A stretch of DNA of 64,000 nt from a virus (taxonomy: Duplodnaviria > Caudoviricetes). The first letter of the stretch is position 1, and every line of letters begins with the position of its first letter. Position numbers and translations under genes: made by a program. Positions 59,538 to 64,000 of this stretch are shown one piece after another. The stretch spans positions 1 through 64,000 of IMG/VR virus record IMGVR_UViG_3300021387_000175. One strand, given 5' to 3'. The notes under the pieces were generated by a model. It had not been told where the DNA came from. It searched no databases and saw only the letters and a list, made by a program, of their open reading frames with translations.

Positions 59538-60062
59538 TTAATCTTGCACTAAGCGCATCAGCATTTTTGTATCAAAAATTTCATCCAGTTTTTGAATTCT
59601 CTTGATACTATCAAAAGTACCATTATCAATCATAGTAGATACTAGCGTTTGCAATGCGTCTTTTGCTCCTTCAGGCAGTTCTTTGATAGCTTTTTCCATT
59701 TGAGATGCAGGAAGTTTAAGGATAGCTTTTAAATCATCTGCGGAATACATTGTTCCATACAGATCCTCTAAAGCAGGAAATTCTTTTAAGAAATCCTTAT
59801 CCATTACAATAAATCTTGGTTTATACATAATTTTATCCTTCGAACGTGCTGCATAAGCAAGATCCTGATACTCAAGTGGAACTACATCATCAATATCTGC
59901 CCAAGTGTACAGATTCTTTGTTTTCGCACCCTCGAAATGTAATTTACCTGGAGTAATTGAAATACAATCAATAAACTCATCAGATTTAAATCGTTTTTTT
60001 TCAATTACTTCTTTTTCAACAGTCACTTTAGGGGCGCTTGTAATTTTTTTATTTTCAGCCAT
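59538..60062 (-). CDS. hypothetical protein following the major capsid gene
   Basis: 174 aa, AAGGGAG RBS. Confidence 0.6.
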   Translation of the reverse strand: MAENKKITSAPKVTVEKEVIEKKRFKSDEFIDCISITPGKLHFEGAKTKNLYTWADIDDVVPLEYQDLAYAARSKDKIMYKPRFIVMDKDFLKEFPALEDLYGTMYSADDLKAILKLPASQMEKAIKELPEGAKDALQTLVSTMIDNGTFDSIKRIQKLDEIFDTKMLMRLVQD

Positions 60063-60094
60063 GTCTTTTCTCCCTTTTAATCCTAAGAATTATA

Positions 60095-61225
60095 TTACTG
60101 GAAATTCCACTGACCAAAATACTGAGTAAGAACAGTACCAACGCCAAATTCCCTCTGCACTTCATAAGTGCGGAAGTCGTCAGCCAGGTCAGCTTTGTTT
60201 TCTCCTCTTTCAACAATCTGGATTTCACCACGATCAGTAACCTTAATCATCTTTTCCTGACCACGAGCAAAGATCAGCAGCTTATCATTAGGAATCAGCT
60301 TATTGGTTACATCATTCATAGCAAATCTCTGAGGTACTTCTACCAGAGCAACACCCTCATAATCACCTAAACGTCCCATATGGGCAACATCTTCTTTCTG
60401 AGAAGGTGCTCTCCAGTTAACGTCAGTCAGATTATTCAGAGCCTTCAGAGCGGTCTTAGTACCAATAATAACTACCTCTGCACCACCATTAGCCATCTGA
60501 ACATCTTCCAGAAGCTCATCAAAATCAGCTTTAGTAGAAGCACTCAGTACGCCAGTCTGAACAAACTGAGACTGGTTCGGCAGTTTAGCGGAAGCAGCGT
60601 AGAACTCAGTAAAGGTCATTTCTTTAATCTTTGCAATATAAGCCTCAGCAATCTTATCAGTCAGTTTGGTGAAATCAATACGACCAAGCAGGATCATATC
60701 AATATCTTTACCAACCTTCACACCATAAGGTTTGGTATGAATCCGATAAGGCTGACCTGCACTTAAGTGCTGCATAGTAAGGTCATGATGGTCACCTGAT
60801 ACTTCAGCAACAATAAAATTAGCTTCAGGATCAGTCTCCCAATATTCCTCATCATCACCAAGAGCGATATTACGATATTCTACATAATCATCAAAGAATT
60901 CATCAGCCTGTAAACCAGTTACGACTTTGAATTCAATATCCTGTTCGATCAATTCAAACAGTTCGTCAGCATGTTTGTTGATCATTCTGGAACGTCTTTT
61001 CTTAGACTTCATGTCTTCTTCAGTCAGTTCACAGACTTCCATCAGAATTTTACGAATGGCCTGGTTAGCTTCATGTTTAGAGATCTTGCGTCCATTACCA
61101 TTCTCATCATATTCATATACATCATTGCCATGATTCAGATCAAAGCACAGATTACGAAATGCATCATACTTTTCCTCGTCTGCGAATACTTCACGCAGAT
61201 GATTTGAACTAAAATTCACTTTCAT
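60095..61225 (-). CDS. major capsid protein
   Basis: 376 aa, strong AAAGGAGG RBS, highly expressed-type codon usage, 'IIGTK.AL..L', 'G.LG.YEG..LVE.PQ'; follows protease and decoration genes. Confidence 0.8.
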   Translation of the reverse strand: MKVNFSSNHLREVFADEEKYDAFRNLCFDLNHGNDVYEYDENGNGRKISKHEANQAIRKILMEVCELTEEDMKSKKRRSRMINKHADELFELIEQDIEFKVVTGLQADEFFDDYVEYRNIALGDDEEYWETDPEANFIVAEVSGDHHDLTMQHLSAGQPYRIHTKPYGVKVGKDIDMILLGRIDFTKLTDKIAEAYIAKIKEMTFTEFYAASAKLPNQSQFVQTGVLSASTKADFDELLEDVQMANGGAEVVIIGTKTALKALNNLTDVNWRAPSQKEDVAHMGRLGDYEGVALVEVPQRFAMNDVTNKLIPNDKLLIFARGQEKMIKVTDRGEIQIVERGENKADLADDFRTYEVQREFGVGTVLTQYFGQWNFQ

Positions 61226-61250
61226 AGTAATTTCCTCCTTTCTCTAAAAA

Positions 61251-61742
61251 TTAAGCACTAACTACGAACTTACCATTGGTAATAGTAGTGATTTTCTTAC
61301 CTGCTGCAGGTGTGCCATCAAAACCTTCTTCAGACAGCCAATAACGATCCAGAGCATGCATAATATAACCACGAACGGGACCATCTTTAGGATCGTTGTA
61401 GAAATTCTCTTCAAGAGTCAGCTGACGAGGAGACTCCTCTTCAATAAGAGGCTTCTGATAAATAAAAGCAGTCTTATCATCAGTTACCTCATCAATATGT
61501 ACAAGCCACAGCTTGGATACAGGATGCTGTAAAACAATAGTAGCCTTTACCTGATTAGAAGCAGCTTCATACTCCCACAGATCTAAAGCTTTCATACCTT
61601 TTACATGAACTACACGTCCATTATCAATACCATTGGTTTCACCAGAAATATCTAAAGATACCATATGCTCACCGTAATCCTGAGCAATGGAATTACCAAT
61701 CTCAGCACGGGTGTGCTTCTGCACAGACCATTGAATAGCCAT
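61251..61742 (-). CDS. head decoration / capsid stabilising protein
   Basis: 'IDNG.VV', 'FYN....PVRGY.....D...LS..GF.G' motifs; start moved to ATG 61742, which follows AAAGGAG. Confidence 0.6.
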   Translation of the reverse strand: MAIQWSVQKHTRAEIGNSIAQDYGEHMVSLDISGETNGIDNGRVVHVKGMKALDLWEYEAASNQVKATIVLQHPVSKLWLVHIDEVTDDKTAFIYQKPLIEEESPRQLTLEENFYNDPKDGPVRGYIMHALDRYWLSEEGFDGTPAAGKKITTITNGKFVVSA

Positions 61743-62032
61743 AATTATTTCTCCTTTCATAAAATAATTAAATAGGATGAGCAAGTAATGCATACCCGCC
61801 ATCTATGTTGTTATTTAGTAAATATTCATCATAAAACTGAAAAAGACGTGGATTTTCATCCATGTCTTTTTCTGCCGTTTTTCTATTATGTGTACAACAC
61901 TTTCTCCAATAAAATAAGAGGCTACCTTTCGTAGTCTCTCAAATATAAGAAAAGAATGAGTGGTAATTATCCACCAAATTCCTTATGTTGGTATTAAGAA
62001 CATACCCCTAATATGCGTAACCAACCAATCTA

Positions 62033-63748
62033 TTATTTCTTAAACAGATTTCCGTATCTGCTCTTTTTAGGATTTCCTTTCGCACCACTAGGTACTAATC
62101 CCATACGAGTAACTTTCTTCTTTTTCTCTTCCTCATTGGCTTCGAAATTTAAAGAACCACTCTTAGCATAATTCAGAAGCATACCATCAACCTTTTCTTT
62201 TAACTCTTCAAAGGTCATTTCATTCTTACCATCATTAACCTCGTTAACAATAGCAGTGAAATCTTCCTTATCAGCAATTGCAGAATAATCATCTGATGCG
62301 ACTAATTCTTTCTTCTGATACTGTGCCAGATCCTTAGAAATCTGCTCATAATTCTGTCTCATGTTTTCGACTTGCATCTTTTCAGATTCTGTCAGTAACA
62401 TAGCAAATAACTGCGTTCTTTCACCAGAAAGACTAACAGTGTCACCGTCCTTGGTATAACTCTGTTTCCAGAATTTATCAGAATCCCAATCTTCCATAAT
62501 GAAGTAATCTTCATAAATATCTGCTACGTAACACCATTCATTCTCATTACGGTAAACAGTACATAATGCATTAAGACTCTGACGGATTTCATTAAAGCTT
62601 AATTCAAACAGTTGACTAAACAATTCTTCTTTGGTAAGAGAATTATTCTGTTTCTTCTTTTTGCCAGTAGTCGCAGAATCATCATCATTTACTGCACCGT
62701 CATCTGGATCATCTTCCGTATTATCATTACCAGTAGGTTCTGTAACAGGATCTGTAACAGGATCTGTAACAGGATCTGTAACAGGATCTTCTTTAGGATC
62801 AGCAGCGGGTTCAGGATCAGTTCCACCTTCAGTTCCCTCACCCGTATCATCAGGATCATCAAATGCTGTCTTAAAGGCGGTTTCTAATTCCTCATCAGAT
62901 AATCCTTCATAACTGAACGTAATATCTTCCTCAGTCTTGCCATATTTCTCTAAAAGTTCAGTAAACTTATCCATTGGCGTTTCCTCCTTTCTTTCAGCAT
63001 TATTTATATTTAAACTCTCAAGCGTTTTATTAAGTGTCTCAAGAGTCTCAATCAATTTATCATTTCGCTCATAGTTCATTTCCTGCGCTGCGAAATCTTC
63101 AATCTGTAAATGCGCATTTTGCATTCCTGGTCTACGATCCTCTCCCAAAAGTGTAATTCCACCTAATTCAATATCCTCTAATAACAATTCTTTCTTCTTA
63201 GCATCATAGGACATCTTATTGACATACAGTTCTGCGGATACATCTGTACCACCTCTGCGTTCAATAATTTCCGCAGCAGGAGTATACTCTCTTGGAATAG
63301 CAGCTTTAGCATAAACGTAATATCGTTTATCTTTCTTATCATATTTCATTACAGGATCATCAGATGTAATGCATCCTACCTGCTTTTCCAAATAAACAAT
63401 ATTTCCATTATCATCTATTTCCATATCATGAGCAGTAAAATCCAATACTTCGGTTCCATCGTCTAATGTAACAGTTTGGTAATTACAAAGAATTGGTTTA
63501 TATTTAAATCCGTTTAAACTATTTTCCATGGCTTTCTTTGTAACATTTGATCCGTTATTATTCTTATTAGTATGGAATGCCCTGATATTGGCGAATAACA
63601 TAGACTCATCATCAGATTCTTCCTGCTCAAAAGTCGCAGGAACACTCACGCATAACTTATAACCATTTTTATTTGAATCAAACTCTGTAAAATTTTGCTC
63701 TTCACAGAATTTAACTAACTGATCAATAGTCATTATTGTCTTACGCAT
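62033..63748 (-). CDS. prohead protease / scaffold fusion
   Basis: 'H...N.N.S', 'KPIL', 'DF..H', 'SAEL' and 'GITLLG....PGM..A' protease motifs followed by an acidic scaffold region; internal AAAGGAGG-N6-ATG (MDKFTELL) could give a separate scaffold. Confidence 0.75.
   Translation of the reverse strand: MRKTIMTIDQLVKFCEEQNFTEFDSNKNGYKLCVSVPATFEQEESDDESMLFANIRAFHTNKNNNGSNVTKKAMENSLNGFKYKPILCNYQTVTLDDGTEVLDFTAHDMEIDDNGNIVYLEKQVGCITSDDPVMKYDKKDKRYYVYAKAAIPREYTPAAEIIERRGGTDVSAELYVNKMSYDAKKKELLLEDIELGGITLLGEDRRPGMQNAHLQIEDFAAQEMNYERNDKLIETLETLNKTLESLNINNAERKEETPMDKFTELLEKYGKTEEDITFSYEGLSDEELETAFKTAFDDPDDTGEGTEGGTDPEPAADPKEDPVTDPVTDPVTDPVTEPTGNDNTEDDPDDGAVNDDDSATTGKKKKQNNSLTKEELFSQLFELSFNEIRQSLNALCTVYRNENEWCYVADIYEDYFIMEDWDSDKFWKQSYTKDGDTVSLSGERTQLFAMLLTESEKMQVENMRQNYEQISKDLAQYQKKELVASDDYSAIADKEDFTAIVNEVNDGKNEMTFEELKEKVDGMLLNYAKSGSLNFEANEEEKKKKVTRMGLVPSGAKGNPKKSRYGNLFKK
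62739..62789. repeat. 12-bp tandem repeat x4 (DPVT linker)
   Basis: (TCTGTAACAGGA)4 encoding DPVTDPVTDPVTDPVT. Confidence 0.9.
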
Positions 63749-63803
63749 CTTTAACCTCCTTTCCTTTAAAATAAAAACTCCTCATCTTAAATAGGAGAGG
63801 AGA

Positions 63804-63974
63804 TTAAACGAACAATTTATTCGTATATATAGTATTCTCATTTAATGAGAATGTAATCTTATCATTATTTATGAAAGTCCATCCAGAAGAACTCTGATAA
63901 ACTTCTTTTAATCCCAGTTTTCTTAAGGTTTCAGCAGTTTCTTTGGATGTTGTATATATAAATTTCTTATCCAT
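63804..63974 (-). CDS. small hypothetical protein (56 aa) upstream of the protease
   Basis: Not in the ORF track. TAAGGAG RBS; MDKKFIYTTSKETAETLRKLGLKEV...WTFINN...YTNKLFV*. Confidence 0.7.
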   Translation of the reverse strand: MDKKFIYTTSKETAETLRKLGLKEVYQSSSGWTFINNDKITFSLNENTIYTNKLFV

Positions 63975-64000
63975 AATTACTCCTTAAGACTGTGCTTTAT

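Noticed and set aside
62739-62789. CRISPR-like array
   Set aside because: It is a contiguous 12-bp coding tandem repeat without spacers.
1-64000. Complete DGR, invertase shufflon, inteins, tRNAs, integrase
   Set aside because: I saw no reverse transcriptase, recombinase, intein splice-motif pair or tRNA cloverleaf; by-eye inspection could miss weak cases.
63984-64000. 3' end of the portal gene
   Set aside because: Only ~5 codons and a stop (…KAQS*) are visible; portal identity rests on synteny alone, so it is not listed as a feature.

Overview
A 64-kb slice of the virion morphogenesis and lysis region of a large, AT-rich siphovirus-type phage or prophage. The host is probably a Bacillota/Clostridia organism (strong AGGAGG Shine-Dalgarno sites, sigmaA-type promoters, standard genetic code). 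Almost all genes are on the minus strand. From right to left: end of an upstream gene (probably portal), prohead protease/scaffold, head decoration protein, major capsid, head-tail joining genes, tail tube, several small genes including a RusA-like resolvase, a giant tape-measure protein (TMP), a Tal-like tail-tip protein, Dit, BppU-type baseplate proteins, a beta-helix tailspike, a 2388-aa multidomain tail protein, small fibre genes, a 3699-aa fibre, holin-like genes and the start of an endolysin. Main results. (1) The two genes that look broken in the ORF track (tail tube and TMP) are each interrupted by an ORF-less group I self-splicing intron (55470..55767 and 42848..43288), with U|...G| junctions, P1/P10 guide pairing and a P7 core; splicing restores a 265-aa tail tube and a 5364-aa TMP. 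(2) The TMP has a ~2200-aa N-terminal extension containing a JAB/MPN-like metalloprotease motif, and sits head-to-head with an AT-rich antisense gene that has its own near-consensus sigmaA promoter, a candidate injected-effector/immunity pair. (3) A 2388-aa tail protein fuses a CotH-like kinase fold, LRRs, InlB-B-type repeats and a C-terminal CLec/DUF6273-like domain of the type diversified by DGRs. All domain calls come from motif recognition by eye; no searches were run.
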